Assembly: GCF_009914755.1 (NCBI RefSeq)
Contig: NC_060928.1
Length of the DNA stretch: 64,000 nucleotides
Origin: the human T2T-CHM13v2.0 reference genome, Homo sapiens
Direction: 5' to 3' (one strand)
Shown here in pieces: positions 20,329 to 47,934 of the stretch; position 1 is the stretch's first letter, and each line of letters opens with the position of its first letter. The notes beneath the pieces were generated by a model that saw only the letters and a program-made list of their open reading frames with translations, did not search any database and was not told the DNA's origin. Position numbers and translations under genes: made by a program.

Positions 20329-20889
20329 TCATCCCATCATTCTTTTCTATATGTATGGATTTCATGTTGATCAATCTTCAGTTCTTCTAAACTGAATCTT
20401 CAATTTTTCTAAATTTAGCAGTCTCAGGAACCACCACCAATAGCTGGGAGTAAGGGGTTATGGCAGTAACTGTTGATTATCTACAAAACAGCCATTGTTA
20501 TTCCTTTCTTCCTTATTAAACAGCCTACTTCTCATGACAGAGGATGAAAACACTCACAATGCTGATGCTTTCCTCAATTTCTTATTCAAAGGCATGAGCT
20601 TGGGTCCTGCCAGGGTACTTCTTGGAAAGTATTGAATGAAACACCTGGACACAGGTATATCTACAGGTGATGCTTTCTGAAGTGTTACAGCCATAATATG
20701 GCTAGGAAGGGACAAGCCTGCGGACCAAGCTAATTTGATGTTAGTTTGAATAGATAGATTAGGAAGAGAAAAAGTTTCTAGTCTTTATTGACTGTTGAGC
20801 CATTGCATCAATACTGGGACTGCTTTCCTCTGTTGTTCCTTTCTATCATTTTGTGAGAAAAATGAACAAATTATAAATATCTGAGTGTA

Positions 20890-22780
<1,891 letters not shown>

Positions 22781-22782
22781 AT

Positions 22783-25477
<2,695 letters not shown>

Positions 25478-26518
25478 TCTGAGTGTCTCTTAAGGGATGA
25501 GGGTTATATGTAAGATCTGATGTTGCTTTGCTTTAGATATCATGGTCAAATATAGAGGGCAGGCAGAGTTTAGCTGATATATACAAAAATGAAACATATG
25601 TCATCTCAATTTTTTTTAGATCATTTGCTATAAAGCTTCCATTGCATCCCTGTGTTTTGCACTTGAAAGGTAATGCTTCCCCATGTTATCAATCTTGTGC
25701 AAACTGCTTTTTTGATGGTACTATGAATCGATATTTCCAAGAGGTATTATTATTTTGATTTTAGGGTACTATCTGCGTTTCAAAAGACAAGATCCCAGAA
25801 TGTCAAAAGATAGAGTATCATTGTTAACTGTTCTACCAGGTTTGGAGGCTCTGTGGGACATTAGGAAGAGCCTGCCTGGGTGTTAGATTCAAGCCATCTG
25901 AGTTCTTTTCTTTGTCGGGAGATTTAGCTGTGATAATTCGGTAGGTTGCTGAACTTCCTCCAAGCCTCAGTTTCCTCATAAAGAAAGTCAAGGCAGGTTT
26001 TACGACAAGGAAACAGATTCTGAGATGAAGACGGCTTCACAGAGTGGGAGGTTGGGCTAGAAAGGATCAGGTTACCTCATAACTCAGATTCTGACTCAGT
26101 TCTGATGTTCTCCACAAGAGTGTAATTTAGGTCATTTGCTTTTTATTTTCTTGAAAAAAGAAAAAAGCGCATATGTATGTATCCTTATCCAGTTTTTTAA
26201 CCTCTCAATAGTACAAAATAAATTCATATTTTGACAATTTGCTAGGGTAAATACATATACATTGTTATTTGTATACTTCAGAAATTCATTTAGGAATTTT
26301 CCTTTTAAAACAAAGCACCCTTTCAATGAATAATTATACCTATATTATAGAAAGCTTAGAAACCATAGGCAAGCAGAAGACAGAAAAAGAATTTACGTTC
26401 ATCCCTTTGAAGTTACTTTAGTGCATTTTTCTTGCAGGCTTTTTGCTTTGCAAAGAATTACATTATTGTAATATTTAGTAATTAGATTTTAGGAATAAAT
26501 AAGTAGTAATTATAAATT

Positions 26519-27315
<797 letters not shown>

Positions 27316-27946
27316 TTAAAAATAAAACTTTTATATCTCATGCTTCCCCTTTCTTCACTTCTTTATCACATTCTTTTTTTTCCCTATGAGTTGCTGTTTT
27401 ATAGTCCATTCTCCTGAACAGAAGGTAATAATTTCTGCTCCATGGAAGCAGGGATATTTCAGGAATCAACAAAGGTATGTGAAAATGATTTAAAGATTCC
27501 TAAATCGTATGCAAACATAATTTTCTCTTGCTCCCAGTTTTCTTTTTTTATAAAGCTCAGAATTTGGATGAGATGTTCTTCCCTGTGGTTGTTCTGGTTT
27601 AGAGTCTGCACCCCTCTTTGTTAACTGGTTAGCTCATATTTCCACCAGGTCCCCTTTCCTCTCTGTGTCTACATAGAATAAATTATCAAGTATTATGGTG
27701 TGAAATAGAATTTTGTGATAAAAACTAAGCATCAAAATAATATTACAATAAAACAAACTTTTGTATCTTGTGGATATTGTTATATTTCCTTAACTGTAGT
27801 TTTGTTTTTTGAATTATGTTATTTTACCTTGCTATATATTAAGTTTGCTTGAGATTTTCAGCTAAATTCCCTGAGATGAGCTAGTCTTTGCTGTTCAGCC
27901 AGGTTTGGAGGTTGTGTGAAACGGGTCTAAAGATCACACCACCTGA

Positions 27947-28279
<333 letters not shown>

Positions 28280-28790
28280 TAGGGGGCTGACATTTCATCT
28301 GCACTTCATTCTCTAAGCAGCACATACTTTGCAGATGTCTTTTTCTAATTTCCACGAGAGTGCCCTATGGGCTAGCAGTGACCATGGCTGGGTTGTTGAG
28401 GGGGAGGCAGAAGGTCAGTGTGGTCCTTGATGTCATCTGCTGACACTGGCATCCCTTGGAATAGCTGTCATCCTGTCTGGTCCTAAGATGATAAACCATG
28501 CAATTGCCTAGACGATCCACATTCCCATTTCCACAGGCCCTTTCTTTTCATCACTCTGTACTGCTTTGTGCTTCTCTGGGGGTGGGGAAGGCATGGAAAT
28601 TACCCTGCTCTCATGCTGTTCAGGGCACAGGGAAGCTTCTGCCATTGTGTCTGGTACCATCTGCCCAGGCACACTATGCAGTCATTTCTCTTCAGAGCCT
28701 CTGCCTGAGCAATGGGGCCAGGTTTTTATTTCTTCCAGAGACTACCGGCCTATCTAGGGGTTTTGACTCCATCCTCGACCTCAGCCAGTC

Positions 28791-29778
28791 GTGAGCGGTG
28801 CAAGATTAAACAGGTCCACGCATGTGTGTGTCTTTCCACAATGTCAGGCTTTTATTAATGCTATTCCAGTCCACGAGCTACATGGAGTTCCCAAGGAGGC
28901 AATTCTTAGTACTTCCTGTTCACTCTGTAGTCAGAGCCATGGGCACACAGACTCAAGCCACTCCACAAGTCAGTCAATATTGCAAACCATATATAATAGT
29001 ATATTTCATCAATATAGAAATGTTTTAGGTTAAACATTCCATGACAAACAAAGTAACATTTAACATCAAGAGGAAAAAGAGATAGGAGAAAGGATTAATG
29101 AACCAGTCCAGTGGGAGCTAAGAAGACAAGAGTCCTGGTCACACCCTGGGGTCCCTTTGGTCTCGAAAGAAGAGTTTTTGAGGTGGCAGAGCCTTCGGTG
29201 GCAGGTGCCAAATTCTTATCACAAGTGACTGCAAGACAGTCAGTTAAGACAGCTGTTTTCGAGCTGGAGAAGGTCTAATCCTTTACAGTCACAGAGTTCT
29301 CTGGCAAGAACTGATAGTGGAAGAGTACACTTGTTTACATCCTTATCTGGTTGCCAGCAGTCTTTTTTTAATTTGTTTGTTAAACAGAACATCTTATCCT
29401 TGTTGGCAAAGTGCTCTATGAAATATAAAATGGAGTCCTTTTTCTTCTTCTTTGAGACGGAGTCTCAATCTGTTGCCCAGTGAGTGCAGTGGCACAACCT
29501 CAGCTCACTGCAACCTCCGCCTCCTGGGGTTCAAGTGATTCTCCTGCTTCAGCCTCCTGAGTAGCTGGGATTATAGGCGCCTGCCACCACGACTGGCTAA
29601 TTTTTGTATTTTTAGTAGAGATGGGGTTTTGCCATCTTTGCCAGGCTTGTCTTGAACTCCTGGCCTCATGATCCACCCATGTCGGCCTCCCAAAGTGCTG
29701 GGATTACAGGCATGAACCACCATGCCCAACCAAAATGAAGTCTTTTTCTAAGATGGAATTAGTTATGTCAACTACACA
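28791..29778 (-). mobile_element. Probable ERV1-class solo LTR interrupted by an Alu (29440-29731, -)
   Basis: Minus strand begins TGTGTAGTTGACATAACTAATTCCATCTTAG; AATAAA on - strand near 28851; Alu TSD AAAATGRAGTC. Confidence 0.55.
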
Positions 29779-31891
29779 GCCCAAGAGCTGGAGGCAAGTT
29801 TCCTCTTTTTGGGACCCATTAGACTCTCTGTTACCACTTCTCTGTTTCCATTGAAGTAAGATAAACTCTTCCTCAAGGCTGAGGACTCTTTTCTAGTCTA
29901 GAGGCTGAAGACTGGAGAGAGAAGGGGTAAGACTGGGACATTTCCCTTTTACTCATGTGTTTTCCTCAATATACTGTATGTAGCATGGCTTCTTTTTGAC
30001 CTCTAAAGCACTTAAGTTTTATTTTTTCATTTTTTATTTTATTTTTAGTTTTCTTCTGCTCACACATCCCAACTGCCTGACCTACGTTTTAAAATCCCAA
30101 TTCAAGAATAAACTCCTTTAAAGTTTGTTATCTGCTGACACATCCTTCTTCCCAGTCAAGGAACACAGAACAATCCATCTGTCTGAGTGGTGGTGGTGGT
30201 TTGTGGGTGAGGAGGCAAAGGGCAGGCTGGAGAAGAAGATACCACCATCCCGCCCATGCATGGGGTATGCGGGTATGGCAGTGCCTTAAGATTTAAAAAT
30301 ATTTAATACATATATTTTTTCTTGTGCTTTTTTCTTTTTTTAAGTCTTAACTGATGCCTTTAAAGGAGTATTTCCTCTATTTAAATAATGTAAGAACCCT
30401 TGTAAAATGAAGATCATTCGGCATATCCCTGGGGATGAATCAGATTCATTGAACTGCGATTGTGCAACTGTGCTTTCAGGCAGAGAGTGCTCAAAGGGTA
30501 GAACGGCTCTTTTGGAATTCTCAGATATATTTGGCCAGGTTTACCTAGAGGAGAACACGTTGTTTTTAATGAAAGGGATTTAAAGTCACAGTGCACCTTA
30601 AGGTGATGACTTTCTGAATGGATGCTCTTTCATGAGACCCAAGTTGCGAGGGTGAGTGCAGGATTGTTTCCTCTTGGAGGAACCCTGATAATCTCTTTGC
30701 CTCTCTTTCCTTGAGATGCTTTTCCTTCCATGAAATTTCATGGAGGTGAGGACAAGTCAGCTTGGAGATCATCGTCTTCCTCTTTTGGGCTGTCTCTTTA
30801 TTCTCTCTTTGGAATCAATCACTTCTAGTAATCCAGAAAATTGGGGAAAGGCTGGGGTGTTTCTTATTGGGAAGAAAGTTTTTTTTTGCATGTGTGTGAG
30901 AATGTTTTTCCTTTTTTTTTTTTGCAGTATAATTTACATGCAGTGATATGTACAAATCTTCAGTGAATGGGTTGATGAATGTTTGCCTATGTATACCTAC
31001 ATGTAATCACTACTCAGATCAAAATAGACAACCTGTTCACGACACTGAAAAGTTTTCTAGAGCCCCTTTTCAGTCAAGACCCATTCCTCCAGGTAACTAC
31101 TATTTTGATTTCTGTCATCTCTTGGGTGGGCTCTTTGGCCTTGTGTGGGTTTCTTCTCTTCTAACAGCTGGTGAGGTAAGCTGGCCCTGCTATTCCCCAG
31201 GCCTGAGAAGAAAGAAGCCAGTCTCTGGGAATTATTTAGAAAATTCCAGCCCTCCTCTTCTGTCTTTCAGAACAGAACTTTTTGTTGGATAAGCTTTTTG
31301 TTGCTGCTGTTTTTTGGTGGATGGGCTTTTCCTTCTGGAGTGGAAAAGTCTGAGGCTCAAATGCTTAGGGAGAAAGAGCCAAAGTAGGTCCTTTGGCGTG
31401 TTTTGGTTCTAGGCTGCACTTGGTTGTCTGAGACAAATTATTTCTCCAAATAGCCCATGCTAATTTATCAATAATAATGCTTTTACTATTTTTCACAATC
31501 TACATTCTTCCACTCAATAATATTAATACCCTATCTACTATAATCTATGGCTGGCAATGATGATGTGGATTTAGGTTGTAATAGATGTAATATATGCTTT
31601 GACTTGAAAAATGCTGTTAGGGATGTGTAGGTGCTGAGATGTAAGCACTATAATGCTTATATTTTGTTCTGAAGATTTCTTTAAGGATTTCTAAACTCAC
31701 TGGTTGAAGGGCTGAAACACATGAGACACTGGGGTTGAAGAAGCCTAGCCTAGCAGACACTTAATTTATTCCAACCCCAGTCTTGATGGAGGTTGATGCA
31801 AGCTGTTGAAGAAAGGACAAGACTTGACCCAAGCACCTGAGGGTGGCCTCCAGTTGGGTCAAAGAAGAATAGGAATTTGGGAAAGTAAAAC

Positions 31892-32423
31892 TGTGTTTTT
31901 TTTTGTGTGTTTTTTTTCAGGAACCAGCAAAGTTTTAATGTTTAATCATTAATAGCAAAATTGACCAAGGTCCAAGATGTGAAGATACTATGTTTAAGAA
32001 ACTGGGGGGTAAATCACTCTATAGACTAACTATATAGTATGTGATAAGAATGCACACTTTTTATAAAACCTGTATACACATAGTAGTTAGCTGCAAAAAC
32101 CCATTCAATCTTCTCTTGGCTTGGAAAAATGGTGTTCCAGATTTCAGTATAAATTATTAGCAACCTTCACCTCTTGTGTGGCAGGTATCTTGTTTTTACT
32201 TTCCAGTTCTTCCACCCCAGCCTGTGTCATGAGATCTGCGATGTTCTTTTCCAGATCATCAGTGCAACTACTCATATCATCAGTTCTCCCAATGATCTGG
32301 TCAGACATGGTCTGAAATTTATCTTGGATCTGCTGCAGGAGTTTCTGCACCACTGAGGTGAGTTCCTGCTCATTCTTGGGGTCAGTCTCGGCTATATCCC
32401 TGGTGCCCATCTAGGTAGTGATT
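31892..32423 (-). pseudogene. HSBP1: Processed pseudogene of heat shock factor binding protein 1
   Basis: Intronless AETDPK...[57 protein letters not shown]; 3' UTR, ATTAAA (31934-31939), degenerate poly(A) ~31895-31917, TSD GTAAAAC (31885-31891 / 32424-32430); native ATG changed to ATA. Confidence 0.95.
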
Positions 32424-32905
32424 GTAAAACATTTTTTTAACCTATTCTGGGACCTTAAGTTCTTTGTGTAAAATGGAAGGAGATATGTAATGAGGGGGCT
32501 ATTAATTTATTTCAGGAACAAGTATAGACTTGCTAGTGGGAAGATCCATCTTCTAAAATTTATAGGGTATTGGCCAAGTTCAGGAATTTCACAGTGCTCT
32601 CTATGTTGGGATTTTTGGGTTATGTTCTTATGTAATCCACGTTGCATGACCCTTCTAGTAAGTTTGATGAGACAACGTAGCACAGCTTAATTTGATTTTT
32701 CTAAGTAGCCGGCATGAGTTTTCTCTAGGTTGTTTACCAATAGACTCTGTGTATATGGACAAGATTTTTTGGTTAGGCAGACTTTACTTTTTGCAGGAGG
32801 AGCCTTTAATCTGGGGACATGGAATGTCCAAATACCAGAATGGGGAGGACTTCACTCTGTGGCCTCTTCCCATCCTAGAGGTCTTATTCCCTCTAAGTAA
32901 TCTAT

Positions 32906-34810
<1,905 letters not shown>

Positions 34811-35160
34811 TAGTCCATTCTTTATTATTTCAGATGCTTCTAGAGTCAGAACGTAGAAACATTCACAAGGTGTTGAGGGACAGAGCTTTCTGTCTCAGGT
34901 AGATTGGAAGCATTAACAATTTTCTGACAAAGGGATAGGCAAGATATTCAGATATTCTTCTGATATTTTCCCCTTCTAATTGGCCATTGGACATGCTATT
35001 GAACTTGTTAATTAAACAGGCAAAAAACCAAAACACAGTGAGTGCTGATTTGGGAAAAGATTATAGTTCCTGTCCCCGATAACTCCATCAGTGCCAGAAA
35101 CTTCAATTTGCCTATCTAAATCCAAGTTCCCTTTCTTTCTTAAATGTAGAAACCCTTTCA

Positions 35161-36414
<1,254 letters not shown>

Positions 36415-36733
36415 GAGAGAATTTCATTGTAAGGATAAGAATGCTAATTTAGTCCTGTTGATGACTTGGTATTCTGTGCGTAGACAGGCATTTCCAGCTT
36501 AACTCCAGTAATTCGTTTCTGAAAACCAGACTATATGGTACAGAAATATTAACAAGAAACATATTTTACATCATATTAGTTTGTAAAAATTAGATCTTCC
36601 TTAGCCAATTCCCTGAAATGTAGATACACATAGCTAAATATCATATATAATAAGTAAACTGTCAAGTGAGGGTGGAAAAATGTTTAACGTGTTATTTCTT
36701 GGTCACCAAAAAATTGATATGGCTGTTAACATC

Positions 36734-37078
36734 TGTCTTAGTCCCTTTAGTGTTGCTGTAAAGGAATACCTGAGATTGAGTAATTTATTTTAAAAAGGTT
36801 TATTTGGCTTATTTGGTTGGCTGGAAACTTCAAATGGGGCATCTGTGTCTGGGGAGGGCTGCAGGCTGCTTTCACTAGGGAGGTGCCAGGCTCTTTTTAA
36901 CAACCAGCCCTGTGGGAGCTAATACAGACTGAGAACTCACTCACCTGGAGGGAGGGCATAATTTATTAATGACAGATCCATCCCCATGACCCAAACACCT
37001 CCCGTTAGGCCTGCCTCCAATATTGGGGATCAAATTTCAACATGAGGTTTGGAGGCAACAAACATCCAAACCATAGCA
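36734..37078 (-). mobile_element. MSTB-type MaLR LTR
   Basis: TGTCTTAGTCC...GGAATACCTGAGA...CATCCAAACCATAGCA termini. Confidence 0.85.
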
Positions 37079-37149
37079 ACGTCTTTCTTTGTTTTATATA
37101 AAGTTCATATGGTCTTTTATGTTTTTTGTTTTCTTTCTTTCTTTCTTTC

Positions 37150-40207
<3,058 letters not shown>

Positions 40208-40239
40208 AGAAATAGTTTCTTAACAGAAGAATCTATTCT

Positions 40240-40342
40240 GAAGAAAGAAAAAGAAGGAAAGAAAGAAAGGAAGGAAGGAAGGAAGGGAGGGAGGGAGGGA
40301 GGAAGGAAGGAAAGAAAGAAAAAGAAAGAAAGAAAGAAGGAA
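40240..40342. repeat. Pure polypurine (GAAA)n-(GGAA)n-(GGGA)n-(GGAA)n-(GAAA)n tract
   Basis: Direct reading; sits within degraded L2. Confidence 0.95.
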
Positions 40343-41954
40343 CTCTTTTGGGTCTTACATATTCTGGCGGGACACAGACAGGTAAACTGCTGAGGATAAC
40401 ATACTGTGATAAGTACTGCCAGATGTGTAATTAGAGATTCTTATAGAAGCACATTAGAATGGCTGCAAGTTCAAGGTTGGAGCTCAGGGCTCCCAGAGTA
40501 AAGGATGCCAAAGCTGAGGCCTGTAGGGTAAGTCGGTATGAGCCAGAAGAAGAGGAGGGATGCCTTGCACTTCCAGGGAATCTCAGAGGAATCTGGATGG
40601 TTGAAACCAAGAATGGCAGACCAAGCCTATGGCTAAGAAGGTGAGAGTTGAAGCTAGAGAGGAAAGCAGAAAATCCATCAGTAGGGGCCTTATCAACAGT
40701 TGGACATTTAAAACCTTATCCTAAAAGGGATGTTCAGCCATTAAAAATGTGTAATCGGGGATAGACAGCATCCTGAAGGGCCCAAGGTTTCACGGAGGGG
40801 TAGTCAATCATGTCAGTGCCGCAAAGCCTGGGTCCAATCACATGATAACTGAAATATTTCCGTGTGATTTACAAGGAGATCATTAGTGATCTTGGCAAAA
40901 GCAGTTTTCAAAAGACAGTAGAGGTAGAAGCCAGATGATGTTGATTAGTGACATGAATTGGAAATGAGAAAAGGGTTACAGCTTGTCAGTAGAATAGATG
41001 TTCTATGGGGGGAGGGAGTTTTGTCTACCGTGTTCTTTGTTGAATCCCTAGTGCTTAAAACAAAACCTGGCATGCAGTTGACACTTGCAGACACAAATAT
41101 TAAAATTTGCTGAATAAATGAAGTAACTGTGTAGAACATTTGTCTCTGAAGAGAAAGATAGACCTACACTTTCCGGGTTGAAGGATTGAGAATGGGTGGA
41201 TTTTATATGGAGTGGGAAATCATGTTTAAATGCTGACAGAAAAGGAGCCAGAGAAAAAGTACTCAGAGGTGAGCAAAAAAGAAGGGAAGTTCAGAGGAAT
41301 GAAACTCTAAGGAGGCAGGAGGGGCAGGGCACCAAATGCAGCAGAGGAATGAGACGTGGGATGAGGAAGGCCACCTCAGGTTCCCACTGAAAGACAGGAC
41401 GAGAGGATGAGTGGCCTATACGGGGAGAGTGGTCAGTGGCAGAGGCTGAGCACATTTTGTTTGGAGGTTTCATTTTCTCTTGAAATAGGAGTGAGATTGT
41501 TGGCTGAGAATGGGAAGGAAGGAGGAGAAGAGAGTAGAGAGTAAGTCTGAAACACAGTAGTCCCTATGATCAGAGGAGTGAGAGCTTGCTGGGAACACAA
41601 AAGAATTGCCAGCTGGTGTGGAGGTACTTCTGAGACTGGACACTCGAATCTATAGTTCCACAGCCCTGGGCTACGATTCCTTTCTCTCTTCTCAATCCAC
41701 ATCACTCTCTTTACCTAATTCTTTTTTATTTTTGTGGGTACATAGTAGGTGTATATATTCATGGGGTATGTGAGACATTTTGATGCAGGCATGCAATGCA
41801 TAATAATCACATCAGGGTAAACAGGGTATGCATCACTTCAAGCATTTATCCTTTCTTTGTGTTACAAACAATCCAATTATACTCTTGTAGTTATTTTTCA
41901 ATGCACAATGAATTATTATTGACTGTAGTCAACCTGTTGTACTATCAAGAACTA

Positions 41955-43620
<1,666 letters not shown>

Positions 43621-45063
43621 AACCTCATTCTTTTTTTATGGTTGAGTAGTACTCCATTGTATATATGTACCACACTTTCTTTATCTGTTCATCTGCGATG
43701 GACACTTAGGTTGCTTCCAAATCTTGGCTATTGTGAATAGTGCTGCAATATACATGGGAGTGCTGATATCTCTTTTATATATTGATTTGCTTTCTTTTGG
43801 GCATATACCTAGCAGTAAGATTGATGGATTGTATGGTAGTTCTATTTTTAGATTTCTTTTGGAACCTTCAAACTGTTGTCCACAGTGACTATATTACATT
43901 CCTACCAACAGTGTACGAGGGCTCCCTTTTCTCCACATCCTCACCAGCATTTGTTATTGCCTGTCTTCTGGTTAAAAGCCATTTTTACTGGGGTGAAATG
44001 ATATGTCATTGTAGTTTTGTTTTGCATTTCTCTGGTGACCATTGATGTTGAGCACCTTTTCATATGCCTGTTTGCCATTTGTAAGTCTCCTTTTGAGAAA
44101 TGTCTATTCAAATCTTTCACCCATTTTTTAATCAGATCATTAAATACTTTCCTATTGAGTTGTTTAAGATCCTTATGTATTCTGGTTACTAATCCTTTGT
44201 CAGATGGATAGCTTGCAAATAATTTTTTTCTATTCTCTGGGTCATTGCTTCACTGTGTTGTTTTCTTTGCTGTGCAGAAGCTTTTTATCTTGATGTGATT
44301 CCATTTGCCTATTTTTGCTTTGATTGCCTGTGCTTGTTGGGTATTGAAAAATCTTTTCAATATTGGCCCAGATCAATATCTTGGAAAGTTTTCCCCGTGT
44401 TTTCATTTAGTAGGTTCATAGTTTGAGGCCTTAGATTTAAGATTTTAGTTTATTTTGATTTGATTTTTGTATATGGTCAGAGATGGGGTGTAGTTTCATT
44501 CTTCTGGATATGGATATCCAGTTTTCCCAGCACCATTTATTGAAGAGACTGTCTTTTCCCCCATGGTTGATCTTGATATTTTTGTCAAAAATGAGTTCAC
44601 TGCAGATGCATGAATTTACTTCTGGCTTCTCTATTCTGTCCCATTGGTCTATGTGTCTGTTTTTATGCCGGTACCATGCTGTTTTGGTTACTATAGCTCT
44701 GTAGTAAAATTTAAAGTCAGGTAATAAGATTCTTCCAGTTTTATTTTTTTGCTCAAGATGGCCTTGGCTATTCTGGGTATTTTGTGGTTCCATATAAATT
44801 TTAGAATTATTTTTTATATTTCTGAAGAATGTCATTGATATTTCTATAGGGACTGCATTGAACCTGTAGATTGCTTTTGGTGGTATGGACATTTTCAATA
44901 ATATTGATTCTTTTAGTCAGTGAACATGGAATATCTTTCCTTTTTTGTGTCCTCTTCGATTTCTTTCATCGATGTTTTATAGTTTCCATTGTAGCAATCT
45001 TTTGCTTCTTTGGTTATTTCCTAGGTATTTTATTTTATTTGTAGCTATTGTAATTGGGATTAC

Positions 45064-45541
45064 TTTTTTTTCCAAATAAAGAATAATCTTTATTTAGAAA
45101 AATCTGTTTAAGAAAATATTATTACCTAACTGCTCACAAATATCTTGAAGGTCTGTGGCAAATCCAAATAGATCCTGGTTTCTCTACCTCGGACAGACTC
45201 TGCTTTTCTAAATTCATCTCCATTATAAATACTCTCCAGGACCAACAATTCATCCTCTTGAGCTTCCTGGTCTTCTGACAACATTAAATTTTCTGAGGAA
45301 TGGTTAATAAAAATCAGAAGAAAAGGATATGAACACCACAGTCTGTGTTTCAGTTCAGGGGGGAGTTCGTGCAAATCCCATTTATTCTCCAGCTGGTGGA
45401 GCTGAGACTGCTGAAGCTGGGTGAGAGGCTGAGATGTGGAACTCATGTGGAAGTCCTGCCATCGCCACCAGCCGAGCAGGCCTAGAGACACACTGCGCAA
45501 CCTGCACACTGCCTCTTCCGTTCTGGGGAGCTGTCAGCTCA
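45064..45541 (-). pseudogene. RNF14: Short processed retrocopy of the RNF14 (ARA54) 5' end
   Basis: 45284-45126 encodes MLSEDQEAQEDELLVLESIYNGDEFRKAESVRGRETRIYLDLPQTFKIFVSS*, matching the RNF14 N-terminus (start of the RWD domain); AATAAA then poly(A) at 45064-45071; TSD GGATTAC (45057-45063 / 45542-45548). Confidence 0.9.
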
Positions 45542-45892
45542 GGATTACATTCTTGATTTCTTTTTTAGATTGTTCACTGTTGGCATATAAAAAAGAAACT
45601 GATTTTTATATGTGGATTTGTATCCTGCAATTTTACTGAATTTGTTTTTCAGTTCTAAGTTTTTTTTATGGAGTCTTTAGGTTTTTCCAAATATAAAATC
45701 ATATCATCTGCAAATAAGGATAATTTGACTTCGTCCTTTCCAATTTGGATGTCCTTTGTTTCTTTCTCTTGTCTGATTGCTCTAGCTAGGACTTCCCCCT
45801 TTATTTAACTCTTTACTACATAAATAAATGTTTCATTTTGACCAACTAAAGAAGCATACAAATATATTTCACTTACCTCAGACAGGGAAGTT

Positions 45893-46605
<713 letters not shown>

Positions 46606-47200
46606 CCAGATGTGGCAAAGTACAAGTTGCAAATCAAAGGTCAGTCTTTAGGACATCAAAATTGCAAATCTTTAGGGGTTTCATAGGATTGAAATTTCAT
46701 AAGGCTGAAATCACACCTGGTATGATACATGATATTCCAGATAAAGGGATGAGAGCCATGAAATTAATTGAGCTGCTTTCAGAATGCATCAGATATCAAA
46801 ATAAAGAACTCCTGACTTTTTTTTTTTTTTTTTAAAGTTAGGGTAGCTAGTCTTTGAAAAGGATCAGGTACTATTTGGCTTGATTTCCCCAAATCAGACC
46901 ACAGGTCAGACTATTAAATTAGTTATAGAGTATATACCCCTATTAAAAATGGGCACATTGAATTTGCTCCTAGATAAATTGATCTATATGAATCTTGAGA
47001 AGGGTTAAAGAAAAAAAATCCATTCATACTTACACATAAAAATGATTAGAAGGATATATACCCAAATATTAAAGTAATTATCTTTAGGTGATAGGATTAT
47101 GAGTGATTTTTCTTTTCTCTTTCTTTTATTTTTTATCGATATTTATATAAGATTCTTTAATAGGCAGGGACTAATACATTTTATTTGAAATACATGCCAA

Positions 47201-47925
<725 letters not shown>

Positions 47926-47934
47926 ACATGCCAG

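Noticed and set aside
30400-30800. Unique-looking sequence as a possible coding exon
   Set aside because: No recognisable protein similarity and no convincing splice-site pair
44437-44898. Active L1 ORF2
   Set aside because: Short remnant of an old, 5'-truncated, multiply interrupted L1
45126-45509. 127-aa novel protein with an RNF14-like C-terminus
   Set aside because: The N-terminal part is translated 5' UTR from a non-ATG start; the element has poly(A) and a TSD and sits inside an L1
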